Positions 38,127-47,305 of a stretch of DNA of 64,000 nucleotides are shown here, piece by piece (the stretch's first letter is position 1; each line of letters starts with the position of its first letter). The translations under genes were made by a program, and so were the position numbers. The notes beneath the pieces are model-generated. The model searched no databases. It was not told where the DNA came from and worked only from the letters and a program-made list of their open reading frames with translations. The DNA is from Acidimicrobiia bacterium (GTDB lineage Bacteria; Actinomycetota; Acidimicrobiia; Spongiisociales; Spongiisociaceae): contig JBFGLM010000010.1 in assembly GCA_041576165.1 (NCBI GenBank), positions 48,284 through 112,283 on the forward strand, given 5' to 3'.

Positions 38127-39322
38127 CCGGCCCAGGTGGCCACGATTCCCGCGCCCTCCAGCCTTGCGACGTCGTCGCCGCTCAACCCCAGCCGGTTGGT
38201 CAGGATCTCGGTTGTGTGCTCGCCCAGCATCGGGGCGTGGCGGCTGGGCATCTGCCAGTTGCTGAGCTTCATGGGGCTGGGTTGGTATGTGATGTCGCCC
38301 AGAGTCGGGTGCTGGTAGCTGCGGACCATGCTCCGCGCGTCCATGTGGGGATCGGAAAAAAGCGACTCGAAGTCATTGACCGGCGCCGATGGGATATCGA
38401 AGTGGTCGAGCACCTTCACCCACTCTGCGCGGGACTTGGCCGTGAACGCGTGCTCCAGGATCGGCACCAGCCATTCGCGATTGGCCACCCGGGCCGCGTT
38501 ATCCGCGGAGCGTGGGTCTGTCTTCAGGTCGGCTCGGTCGATGGCGTCGCACAGGTTGTGCCAGAACTTCTCGTCCCGGGCTGCGACCACGACATACCCG
38601 TCTTTCACCGGGAAGGCCTGCCAGGGGACCATGTGCGCGTGGGCTGAGCCCACCCGCCCGACTTGTTTGCCGGTTGTCAGGTAGTCGAGGGCGTCGTAGG
38701 CGAGCAAATGGACCATCGAGTCCAGCATCGACACGTCGGCGTGCTGGCCGCCCCCGTGCAGGCCCCGGCCCACCAGCGCGCCGAGAATGGAGATGCATGC
38801 GTAGATCCCCCCGGAGATGTCGGCCAGTGGCACGCCGGCCCGCGCCGGCGGGCCGTCCGGTTCGCCGGTGATGTGCATATGTCCGCTGTAGGCCTGGATG
38901 ACGAGATCGAACGCGGCCTTGTCCCGGAGCGGGCCGGTTTCCCCGAACCCGGTGATGGTGGCGGTGATGATGTCCGAGTTGTGCTGTTTGAGCGTGTCGT
39001 GGTCTACGCCCAGCCTGGCCATCACGCCGGGACGGAAGTTGTCGACGACCACATCCGCCTGCGCCACCAGTCGGTAGAAGATGTCCAGCCCTTCGGGGTG
39101 CTTCAGGTCCAGAACGACACTCTTCTTTCCCCGGTTCATGAACAGATGGATGGCGCTGTGGTCGCCGAGCGGTGCGATCTTGTTGTTACGAGCCGTGTCA
39201 CCATGGTGCGGCTCGATCTTGATGACCTCAGCCCCAAGATCGGCCAGGATCACTCCGCCGAAGTTGCCGGCGATCACCTGTCCGAGCTCGAGAATGGTCA
39301 CGCCCTCGAGCATGCGGCCCAT
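38123..39322 (-). CDS. CaiB/BaiF family III CoA-transferase
   Basis: LADLGAEVIKIE, NRGKKS, DNFRPG, GFGETGP, PLADISGG, APMLGEHT. Confidence 0.95.
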   Translation of the reverse strand: MGRMLEGVTILELGQVIAGNFGGVILADLGAEVIKIEPHHGDTARNNKIAPLGDHSAIHLFMNRGKKSVVLDLKHPEGLDIFYRLVAQADVVVDNFRPGVMARLGVDHDTLKQHNSDIITATITGFGETGPLRDKAAFDLVIQAYSGHMHITGEPDGPPARAGVPLADISGGIYACISILGALVGRGLHGGGQHADVSMLDSMVHLLAYDALDYLTTGKQVGRVGSAHAHMVPWQAFPVKDGYVVVAARDEKFWHNLCDAIDRADLKTDPRSADNAARVANREWLVPILEHAFTAKSRAEWVKVLDHFDIPSAPVNDFESLFSDPHMDARSMVRSYQHPTLGDITYQPSPMKLSNWQMPSRHAPMLGEHTTEILTNRLGLSGDDVARLEGAGIVATWAG

Positions 39323-40420
39323 TCACACCCCCCAGGTCATTTCCACGATCTCACCGGTGGCGGCGGCCTGATCGGCCGCTCGTGACATGATCAGCACGTC
39401 GAAACCGTCCCGGCCGGTGGCGATTATCGGATCTTGTTCGTTGCGGCCGGCGCTGTTGATGAAGGCAAAGGTCTCGAGTCGCATGGCCCCCCAGTGCTGG
39501 CCGAGCGCCCAATCGCCCGGCATGTAAGAGCCGAGCAGTGCCACGTTCATCCTCTCGTCCGGCGTGTATGGCGCCGGCAGGCTCTTGTTGGACGCGATCA
39601 GCACATCCCGATGGTCGTCCTTCACGCTGATCGTGCCGTCGCGCCCGAACACCTCGAAGTCCATCGTCGTGACGTTGGCCGGCCAGAATACCGGCAGCTC
39701 CCAGCTGACCCCGAGGTTGGCCACCATGCCGTCGGCGTAGGTGAGCACGCACCAGGTCGAATCGAGCGAGCCGTACTCCTCGTTGAACCGGCCCTTGGCG
39801 CCTGCGGCGTAGGCCGAGATCGGTTTCTTCCCGTCGACGTACCAGGTGAGCAGGTCGAACAAGTAAGTCATCGTGTTCACCGACGGCGTTGTGGCGTTGG
39901 CTCGCGAGATCACCGACTTGGCCACGGCCTGGGTGAGGTAGATCGTGGCCTTGGCGCTGGTGATTGCACCCAGGTAGCCCTTTTGTACGTGCTCTTTGAT
40001 CGCCAGATATCGCTGGCGGAATCGCTGGGTGAAGCCGGTATAGATGAAGACGCCGTACTCCTCGGCCGCCGCCAACAGCTTCTCGGCCTCACCGGGCAGG
40101 ATCGTGAAGGGCTTTTCGATCAGCAGGTGCTTCCCCGATTGAATGGCCACCATTGCCGGCTCATAATGCGCATCTTCGGTGGAGGCGACGATGACGCAAT
40201 CAACCTCGTCGCGCCGGATGAGTTCGGCCGCGTCGATGGTCCATTCGTCGGCGTTCAGAGCAGTCGCGAGATGTTTGGCCTTGTCTTCGACGATGTCGCA
40301 CACGCCGAGAAAGTCGACGCTCGGGTGTTCATTCGCGAGAGTGGCTCGCAGCGACCCGATCGTCCCCGACCCGATGACCGCCACTCCCACCCCGTCCCGG
40401 ATGTGGTTCCTGCGTGCCAT
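39323..40420 (-). CDS. Gfo/Idh/MocA family oxidoreductase (same clade as 3498 and 20201)
   Basis: IGSGTIG, IEKP, GFTQRF, KDDHRD, PGDWALG. Confidence 0.9.
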   Translation of the reverse strand: MARRNHIRDGVGVAVIGSGTIGSLRATLANEHPSVDFLGVCDIVEDKAKHLATALNADEWTIDAAELIRRDEVDCVIVASTEDAHYEPAMVAIQSGKHLLIEKPFTILPGEAEKLLAAAEEYGVFIYTGFTQRFRQRYLAIKEHVQKGYLGAITSAKATIYLTQAVAKSVISRANATTPSVNTMTYLFDLLTWYVDGKKPISAYAAGAKGRFNEEYGSLDSTWCVLTYADGMVANLGVSWELPVFWPANVTTMDFEVFGRDGTISVKDDHRDVLIASNKSLPAPYTPDERMNVALLGSYMPGDWALGQHWGAMRLETFAFINSAGRNEQDPIIATGRDGFDVLIMSRAADQAAATGEIVEMTWGV

Positions 40421-40473
40421 CTGTCTCCTCCTTGTTCGGTTGTCTGAATGGCGAAGGCCGGATTGCGCTCGCC

Positions 40474-41364
40474 TCAGCTGCCGGCGCGCGCACCGGCAGC
40501 CTCCGCAACCTCGGCGCGGGCGAGCACCGCCCGGGCCACCCGGGCGACTGCGTAGTCGACCATCTTTCCGTCGACTGCAATCGAGGCCGAACCCTCGGCC
40601 AGGGCGGCGTCGAACGCGTCGAGAATCTTGCGATGGTGGGCAATCTCTTCGGTCGAGGGAGTAAACACCTCATTTATCACGGGCACTTGGGCCGGATGGA
40701 TGGCGACCTTGCCGACATAACCCAACGTGCGCGCCAGCTCACATTCCACCCGGAGTGCGTCCAGGTTGCGGAAATCCATGAACACAGCCTCCATCGGATA
40801 CTCAACCCCGGCGGCCCGGGCGTCGAGCAGAGTCTTTGCCCGTGAGTACATCAGGCCGGTGCCGGCCGGCGTCCAATCGACCCCCAGGTCGGCAACCAGG
40901 TCTCCCTGCTCGCCACCTCCGTACATGACCGTCCACACCCGCTCGGCGGTCCACATCATGTCGAAGACGTTGCGCACTCCCAGCCCACTTTCGATCAGGG
41001 GAATCACGCCGATCGAACCAACCTGGCGTCCGGCCGCCATCTCGAGGGAGCGCAGGGCCCCGTCTACCTGGATGAGCAGGTTCGGATCCTCCGTCTTGGG
41101 GATCACAATGCCGTCGACGGCGGCCTGCCCGCACGCCACCAGATCGTCCCAGAAGTATTCGGTCTCGGGTCCGTTGGTGCGGACGTACATCTGCACCGCA
41201 GCTCCGGGCAGCTCGGCCAGCATCCGCCGGGCGTTCGGCTTCTCCTCCCGGGCGACCGCGTCTTCGAGATCGACGATGACGCCGTCGGCTCCCGACCGGA
41301 TGGCCTTTTCCACCAGGTCATGGCGGTGCCCGGGTGTGAAGATCATCGAACGCATCGGTTGCAT
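40474..41364 (-). CDS. CitE-like CoA-ester lyase (citryl/malyl/citramalyl-CoA lyase family)
   Basis: RSMIFTPG, VDLEDAV, VRTN, LIES, GKVAIHPAQV, GKMVD. Confidence 0.92.
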   Translation of the reverse strand: MQPMRSMIFTPGHRHDLVEKAIRSGADGVIVDLEDAVAREEKPNARRMLAELPGAAVQMYVRTNGPETEYFWDDLVACGQAAVDGIVIPKTEDPNLLIQVDGALRSLEMAAGRQVGSIGVIPLIESGLGVRNVFDMMWTAERVWTVMYGGGEQGDLVADLGVDWTPAGTGLMYSRAKTLLDARAAGVEYPMEAVFMDFRNLDALRVECELARTLGYVGKVAIHPAQVPVINEVFTPSTEEIAHHRKILDAFDAALAEGSASIAVDGKMVDYAVARVARAVLARAEVAEAAGARAGS

Positions 41365-41378
41365 CGGCTAACTCCGCT

Positions 41379-42377
41379 TCATTTGATCGCCATGGGGTTC
41401 AACGGCGACCCCACCGCTTTGGTGAAGGGCAGCGGTGGGCCGCAGAACATGAATTCGTAGACGCCGTCGCCGGCACAGTCCTGGGCGAGCGGCTCGAAGT
41501 CGAAGATCTCACCCAGCCACAGGCCCATGTACACGATGAAGACGATGTGCAGCGGCTGCGCCACGTCGGGGGTCTCATTGGGCCGCACTTCCAGCCCCCA
41601 CGTGTCCGTGGCGACCGCGGCGATGTCGCGTTCTGCCACCCAGTCGATGGAGGCCAGTCCCAGGCCCGGTGCGTCGCCTCCCGCGTAGTCGCCCCACTCC
41701 CCATCGGCTGCGACCTTGGCCATGGCCCCGGTGCGGATGAACACGAAATCACCGGGGCCGACGTCCAGGCCGGCGTGGGCGCAGGCTCGATCCAGCTCGT
41801 CGGCGCCGACGGCGCGGCCGGGCTCCAGCCACTCCACGCCCATTGCCCTGGGTAGGTCGAGGAGGACTCCGCGACCCACCATGCTGCCCGCAGCCTGACG
41901 CACGTCACCCTTGATGGCGCCTTTGGATGAGACGCTGTCCGCCGAGTATCCGTTGTAGATGGTGTCGTGGTAGACGACGTGACCGAGGGCATCCCATTGG
42001 GTCCCGCTCTGTAGGGGCATGATCACGATGTCGTCGGTGCCGCGGAAATGCTTGTCCACTCCCCCGTAGAAATCCCGAATCGAAGTCCCGGCGATGGCAT
42101 CGGCGCCGTCCCGGATCATCAAATGGATCGGGTTGAAGCGGCCCAGCCCGCCGGTCTGAGGGCCGTGCTCGTCGTAGGGCAGCGCCATCGAGATGGGAAC
42201 ACCCTTGCGGACCAGGGTCGCCGACTGCTTCACCATCTCGGGAGTGACCACGTTCAGGGTTCCCAGTTCGTCGTCCGGTCCCCATCGGCCCCAGTTGCTG
42301 TGGCGCTCGCAAAACGCGAGCAGGGTGTCGATGTTCGGCTGCACCAAGCGCTCCACTCCCTCCCATGGGCCTGTCAT
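41379..42377 (-). CDS. Cyclase family (kynurenine-formamidase-like) metal hydrolase
   Basis: NWGRWGPDDELGTLN, TQWDALGH, GRGVLLD, GSPLNPMAIK. Confidence 0.92.
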   Translation of the reverse strand: MTGPWEGVERLVQPNIDTLLAFCERHSNWGRWGPDDELGTLNVVTPEMVKQSATLVRKGVPISMALPYDEHGPQTGGLGRFNPIHLMIRDGADAIAGTSIRDFYGGVDKHFRGTDDIVIMPLQSGTQWDALGHVVYHDTIYNGYSADSVSSKGAIKGDVRQAAGSMVGRGVLLDLPRAMGVEWLEPGRAVGADELDRACAHAGLDVGPGDFVFIRTGAMAKVAADGEWGDYAGGDAPGLGLASIDWVAERDIAAVATDTWGLEVRPNETPDVAQPLHIVFIVYMGLWLGEIFDFEPLAQDCAGDGVYEFMFCGPPLPFTKAVGSPLNPMAIK

Positions 42378-42511
42378 TCCGCCGTGTCTCGTGGCGCGAG
42401 ACGCTGACTTGCGGCCTTTCGGGACCATATGCTGTAGTTCCGAGGCCTGTCAATGTGGACGCCCGGGCGGGCCCCGTCCCCGTGGCTGCGCCGCCGGAGG
42501 AGGATGACGAG

Positions 42512-43654
42512 ATGGATGTCGTGTTCACGCCGGAGCAGGAGATGTTCCGCCAGACCGTGCGCGATTTCTGCGAACGCGAGATCACGCGGGAGTACGTCCG
42601 GGAGTGCGACCGAGAACATCGACCGCCCCGCGACCTGTACGACAAGCTGGGCCAGCAGGGCTGGCTGGGCATCAACATCGACGAGCAGTACGGCGGCTCC
42701 GGCGGCGGAGCGGTTGAAGTAGCGATCCTGCTCGAGGAGTTGGGGGCGGCCTTCCTCGACCTGTCCTTTTGGGTGTTCCGGGCTGTGACCTGGGGCGGCC
42801 TGGCCATCGGGCGAGATGGCTCCGAAGAGCTGAAGAAGGAGTTGCTTCCCCAGATCAGCAGCGGCGAGAAGACGGTGTGCTTCTCACTGACGGAACCCGA
42901 GTCGGGTTCGGACGCCGCATCCATCTCCCTCACCGCAGTCGAGGATGGCGACGAGTACGTGCTGAACGGGCAGAAGGTCTTCACGTCCGGCTTCAAGGCC
43001 AGCGACCTCGACGTGGTGGCGGCCCGGACCTCATCCGAAGGTCGCAAGCATCACGGCATCACCAACTTTCTGGTCGACACTGATAGCCCGGGCATCAGCT
43101 ACACCGATATCGAGACACTCGGCCACTGGCCGCTGGGTACCGCCCATGTGTTCTTCGACAACGTGCGCGTACCCAGGGAGCGCATGCTGGGCACGTTGCA
43201 CGAAGGATGGGCCGATCTCGGCGTGTACCTGCGCTACGAGCGGCTCTGCCTGTCGGCGGCCCGCACCGGGGCGGCGAAATCGGCGCTGGCCGACTCGGTC
43301 GATTACGCCCTCAACCGCGAACAGTTCGGCCAGCCGATCGCCAAGTTTCAGGCCGTGAGCCACCGGCTTGCGGAAATGCAGGTTCTGGTCGAGATCTCCG
43401 AGATGCTGACCTATCGGTACGCCTCCCGACTGGACCGGGGTGCCGCCACGGTGCGCGACGCGGCCATCTTGAAGTTGTACGCCTGTGAGGCCTACAAATC
43501 GGTGGCTGACATGGGCCTTCAGGTACTGGGAGGTTACGGCTACACTATGGAGTACGACCTTCAGCGCCACTATCGGGAGTCGCGCCTCGGTGTGATCGGG
43601 GCGGGTACGTCGGACATCCAGCGGAACATCATCGCCAGGACGATGGGCATCTGA
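42512..43654 (+). CDS. Acyl-CoA dehydrogenase
   Basis: SLTEPESGSD, LNGQKVFTS, REQFGQPI, QVLGGYGY, IGAGTSDIQR. GGAGGAGG RBS. Confidence 0.95.
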   Translation: MDVVFTPEQEMFRQTVRDFCEREITREYVRECDREHRPPRDLYDKLGQQGWLGINIDEQYGGSGGGAVEVAILLEELGAAFLDLSFWVFRAVTWGGLAIGRDGSEELKKELLPQISSGEKTVCFSLTEPESGSDAASISLTAVEDGDEYVLNGQKVFTSGFKASDLDVVAARTSSEGRKHHGITNFLVDTDSPGISYTDIETLGHWPLGTAHVFFDNVRVPRERMLGTLHEGWADLGVYLRYERLCLSAARTGAAKSALADSVDYALNREQFGQPIAKFQAVSHRLAEMQVLVEISEMLTYRYASRLDRGAATVRDAAILKLYACEAYKSVADMGLQVLGGYGYTMEYDLQRHYRESRLGVIGAGTSDIQRNIIARTMGI

Positions 43655-43657
43655 GGG

Positions 43658-44146
43658 ATGGGCATCATCACCGACGAAGCCCGGGCCTGGGCCGATGAGC
43701 CCTTTCCGCCGTATCAAGTCACCGTAGGCCGCACCGACATCGCCCGTTACGCTCGCGCGATCGGCGAGACCTCATCCATCCACTACGACGTCCAGGCGGC
43801 CCGAGCGGCCGGCCACGCCGACGTGGTCGCCCCGCCGTACTTTCCGTATACGGTCCGAATGCAGGCCTCCAACCTGGTGGCGAAAGATCAGCTCGCACCC
43901 GACGGTTCGGCCGTAGCCGACGTCCCACCTCTCCCCACCACCCGGGCGATGGCGGGTGAGACGGCCATCGAGTTCGGGGTTTCGGTGGTGGCAGGTGACA
44001 CCCTGACCATGACCAAACGAATTGGTGAGCTGTACGAGAAGGAGGGCCGCTCGGGCACGCTCGTGTTCGTGGTCATGGAGTTCACCTTCACGAACCAGCG
44101 GAACGAACTGGTCATGCGTGAGTCGTTCACGAGGATCTACCGATGA
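43658..44146 (+). CDS. MaoC-like dehydratase, N-terminal-type hot-dog subunit
   Basis: IARYARAIGE, APP, EKEGRSG, FTNQRNELV. Confidence 0.88.
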   Translation: MGIITDEARAWADEPFPPYQVTVGRTDIARYARAIGETSSIHYDVQAARAAGHADVVAPPYFPYTVRMQASNLVAKDQLAPDGSAVADVPPLPTTRAMAGETAIEFGVSVVAGDTLTMTKRIGELYEKEGRSGTLVFVVMEFTFTNQRNELVMRESFTRIYR

Positions 44147-44532
44147 ACGTAGGCGACGAGCTCCCCGTCCTCCTGCAGGAGCCGGATCCGATCGACCTCT
44201 TTGCATTCAGCGCTGCGGCATGGCTCCTGCACCGCATTCACTACGACCTGCCCTTCACCACGGAGCACGATGGCCACCCGGGTTTGCTCATCCACGGTCC
44301 GCTCCAAGGCACCTACATGATGCAGGCTGCCCAAGCTTTCCTCGGAGACGCTGCGACCATTCGCTCGATTCGTTACCGCCACAAAGCGCCGGCATATCTC
44401 GGTGATGCCCTTCAGTGTGGTGGGACAGTGGCCGGAGTCGAAGGCGATTCGGTGACCCTCGACCTGTGGGTGCGCCGAGACGACGGCACCGTCACGACTG
44501 AGGGGACCGCCGTATTCGAGGCAGGCCCGTGA
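44143..44532 (+). CDS. MaoC-like (R)-hydratase catalytic hot-dog subunit
   Basis: FSAAAWLLHRIHYD...GHPGLLIHGPL. ATGA overlap. Confidence 0.88.
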   Translation: MNVGDELPVLLQEPDPIDLFAFSAAAWLLHRIHYDLPFTTEHDGHPGLLIHGPLQGTYMMQAAQAFLGDAATIRSIRYRHKAPAYLGDALQCGGTVAGVEGDSVTLDLWVRRDDGTVTTEGTAVFEAGP

Positions 44533-46220
44533 TGATCACGGGCGGCGAAGCCCTGGCCCGCATGCTCGATGGGTACGGGGTGACTCACGTTTTCCACGTG
44601 CCGGCGGTGCTGCGCCGGACCATGGTCGACATCGAACGGCTCACCTCCATCAAACGGGTCCGCCCGCATGGCGAGAAGCCGGCGGCCTACATGGCCGATG
44701 GCTATGCCCGGGTATCCGGCCGTCCCGGGGTGTGTATGGCCCAGGTGGTCGGGGCCCTGAACCTGGCGGCGGGTCTGCGTGACGCCCACCTGGCCCATTC
44801 GCCCGTTATCGCAATGACGGGCGGCCGGCTCCCCTCAACCAAGTTCCGCCGGGTCTATCAGGAAGTGGACGATGTCCCTGCCTTCGAGCCGGTGACCAAG
44901 TGGAACGCCACCATCGACGACGTCGAACGGATTCCCGACATGATCCGCCAGGCATTCCGGGTGGCCACGACGGGGGCCCCCGGCCCCGTCCACCTCCAGT
45001 TCCAGGGCAATGAAGGACAGCTCGATGCGCAGGAGGGACGACTCGATCCGCTGGTCGAACCGCAATTCGCCAGGGTCCCCCCCTACCGCCCGGTACCGTC
45101 AGACCGATCGGAGCTGCAGAGAGCGCTCGCCTTGCTGCAGGAGGCGGACCGGCCGGTCTTCGTCGCCGGCGGGGGAGTGCGGGCCTCGGGAGCCGGGCCG
45201 CAGCTGGTGGCACTCGCCGAGAAACTCCAGATCCCAGTGGCTACATCACTCAACGGCAAGGACTCCATCCCGGGGACGCACCCGCTGGCTGTTGGCGTTG
45301 CCGGTACCTATTCGCGAGGATCGGCCAACCTGATCGTGGGTGAGGCCGATCTGGTGTGTTTTGTCGGGAGCGAGACCGGCGGCATGACGACGCACTTCTG
45401 GCAGGTGCCGCCGCCCGGCACCCCCGTCATCCACATCGACATCGATCCGGAAGCCATCGGCAGGAACTATGCCACCGAGGTGGCCGTACACGGTGACGCC
45501 CGGTCTGTGCTCGCCCGGATGGTGGAACTGGCGGACGGCAACACCGGAGATCGGCGGGCCGGATGGATGGCCCGGGCGGCAGCCGCGGTGGAGAACTGGC
45601 GCAACGAATATGCACCCCTGCTCATGTCCGAGGACCAGCCGACCCGGCCCGAGCGATTGTGCCGCGAGCTGACCGAGCACGTTCCAGACGACGCCGTGGT
45701 GGTTGTGGACACGGGCCACGCCGGCATGTGGATGGGCGGCATGTTCGATATCCGCAGCCCACATCAGTCCTACCTGAGAAGTGCGGGCCACCTCGGTTGG
45801 GCGTTTCCGGCGGCTTTGGGCGCCAAGTGCGCGGCGCCGGATCGGCCGGTGGTGTGTTTCACCGGCGATTCGGGGTTCTGGTATCACATCGCCGAAGTCG
45901 AAACTGCGGTCCGGTGGGGAATCAACGCGGTGACGGTCGTAAACAACAACTCGTCCGGCAATCAGTCCAAACGCGGCTTCGACCGTGTGTATGGGGGCCG
46001 CCAGACCGAGCGGGCGGAACGCGAGCTGTGGCGGTTCACCGAGGTGAACTTCGCGGCGCTGGCGAGAGAGATCGGTGCACTTGGGCTGCGGGTGGACCGG
46101 CCCGGGCAGGTGGCAGGTGCGCTCGAGGAGGCCTTTGCCGCCGACCGTCCGGTGGTGATCGACGTCGTCACGGACGTGGAGGCGCTCGCTCCCCTGGCAG
46201 TGATCGTAGGATCCGACTGA
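44529..46220 (+). CDS. ThDP-dependent enzyme, acetolactate-synthase-like family
   Basis: EKPAAYMADGYAR, GHLGW, and the GDSG...NNN ThDP motif. Confidence 0.9.
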   Translation: MMITGGEALARMLDGYGVTHVFHVPAVLRRTMVDIERLTSIKRVRPHGEKPAAYMADGYARVSGRPGVCMAQVVGALNLAAGLRDAHLAHSPVIAMTGGRLPSTKFRRVYQEVDDVPAFEPVTKWNATIDDVERIPDMIRQAFRVATTGAPGPVHLQFQGNEGQLDAQEGRLDPLVEPQFARVPPYRPVPSDRSELQRALALLQEADRPVFVAGGGVRASGAGPQLVALAEKLQIPVATSLNGKDSIPGTHPLAVGVAGTYSRGSANLIVGEADLVCFVGSETGGMTTHFWQVPPPGTPVIHIDIDPEAIGRNYATEVAVHGDARSVLARMVELADGNTGDRRAGWMARAAAAVENWRNEYAPLLMSEDQPTRPERLCRELTEHVPDDAVVVVDTGHAGMWMGGMFDIRSPHQSYLRSAGHLGWAFPAALGAKCAAPDRPVVCFTGDSGFWYHIAEVETAVRWGINAVTVVNNNSSGNQSKRGFDRVYGGRQTERAERELWRFTEVNFAALAREIGALGLRVDRPGQVAGALEEAFAADRPVVIDVVTDVEALAPLAVIVGSD

Positions 46221-46227
46221 CTGGACC

Positions 46228-46809
46228 TCAGCTGGCCATCCGCAGCGACGTTTCGAGATCGGCACGCAGCGAGTCGGTCTCGATCGCCAACTCGTCCAGC
46301 ACCGCCCCGGCCACGCCAGCGCCCTGGCGGAGAATCCCCAGCGCAATGTGCTCGGGTTCGATGATCTTGTGCTTCAGCCGTAACGCTTCTTGCAGCGCCA
46401 ACTCCAATGCCCGTTTGGCCCGCGAAGTGAACGGTCTGGAGAGCAAGGGCCGCTGAGACCGGCGCCAGGCACGGGGAAAGCGCTGTCGTGCCTTCTCGAG
46501 CCTCATCTCCAACAGACTTGGGCCCGACTCGAGTTGGAGTGCTTCTCGCACCCGGTCGAGGTCAATCCCTATGGCCTGCAGTGCCTCGCGCTCCTCGCTG
46601 TCCGAGGCGGCTAGATGGGCCAATATGGCACGTTCGAGCCGGGCCGGTGACAGTCCATGGGTGTCGAACGTGCCGGCCATCCCACCGGGCGATGACGCCA
46701 GTGCGAGAAGCAGGTGCTCGGTCCCCACCCACAGGTGGTCGAGCCGGCGAGCATGCTCCTGAGCCGACTGGATGAGATCCCGCGACTCTCTCGTGAACCT
46801 CTCAAACAT
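46228..46809 (-). CDS. Stand-alone Clp N-terminal (Clp_N repeat) domain protein
   Basis: MFERFT, GTEHLLLAL, PFTSRAKRALELALQEA...EHIALG. No AAA domain. Confidence 0.9.
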   Translation of the reverse strand: MFERFTRESRDLIQSAQEHARRLDHLWVGTEHLLLALASSPGGMAGTFDTHGLSPARLERAILAHLAASDSEEREALQAIGIDLDRVREALQLESGPSLLEMRLEKARQRFPRAWRRSQRPLLSRPFTSRAKRALELALQEALRLKHKIIEPEHIALGILRQGAGVAGAVLDELAIETDSLRADLETSLRMAS

Positions 46810-47029
46810 TCCGTTGCGACCTTCTTCGGCCATGTTTGCGGTGGACGGTTTGTTTGCTGACGCCCATAGCCTCTGCGATCTGCTGCCACGACCACCCAGC
46901 TCTCCGGGCATTCGCTACATGGATGCGCTCAACTGTCTCCAAGAGTCGCCGCAAGGCGGCGACTGCTCGCAGACCCTGGGACGGATCCTTGCTGTCGACC
47001 TCTTCTGCCAGCTTCACTGCGTTGACCAT
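46802..47029 (-). CDS. Small helix-turn-helix protein
   Basis: GLRAVAALRRL...ARRAGWSWQQIAEAMGVSKQTVHRKH. Overlaps the Clp-N start. Confidence 0.85.
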   Translation of the reverse strand: MVNAVKLAEEVDSKDPSQGLRAVAALRRLLETVERIHVANARRAGWSWQQIAEAMGVSKQTVHRKHGRRRSQRNV

Positions 47030-47031
47030 GC

Positions 47032-47077
47032 TGTCAGCATATGCTGACAAGCTGCTGCCTGTCAACATATGCTGACG
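47032..47077. promoter_or_regulatory. Tandem palindromic operators of the HTH/Clp-N operon
   Basis: Perfect TGTCAGCAT-ATGCTGACA at 47032-47049 and near-copy TGTCAACATATGCTGACG at 47060-47077. Confidence 0.8.
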
Positions 47078-47305
47078 GCCGGACCGGCGCAGCCGTTGGC
47101 GGCCCGACCAGCAACGGTGGTGATCCCGAGCAATGTGGTCGCCGCCGGGGCCTGAACCAGGGGAGAGACGTCGCCTGCAACATGTTACGCCCAGCCTCGA
47201 AACGTTCTCCGGAGCACGTCACCGTGCATCCAGAACAAATCGTCGAACACGGTTCTCAACTTGCTCCGCCGCGGGCCGGACGGCGACGCTCGGTATTGTT
47301 GCCCG

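Noticed and set aside
42512-43654. 3-sulfinopropionyl-CoA desulfinase (suggested by the CaiB and CoA ligase neighbours)
   Set aside because: It keeps a Glu in helix G (LRYERL), where the desulfinase has Gln as I recall, so it looks like a true dehydrogenase.
47245-47255. Second SOS box (GAAC-ACG-GTTC)
   Set aside because: The spacer is 3 nt instead of the required 4.
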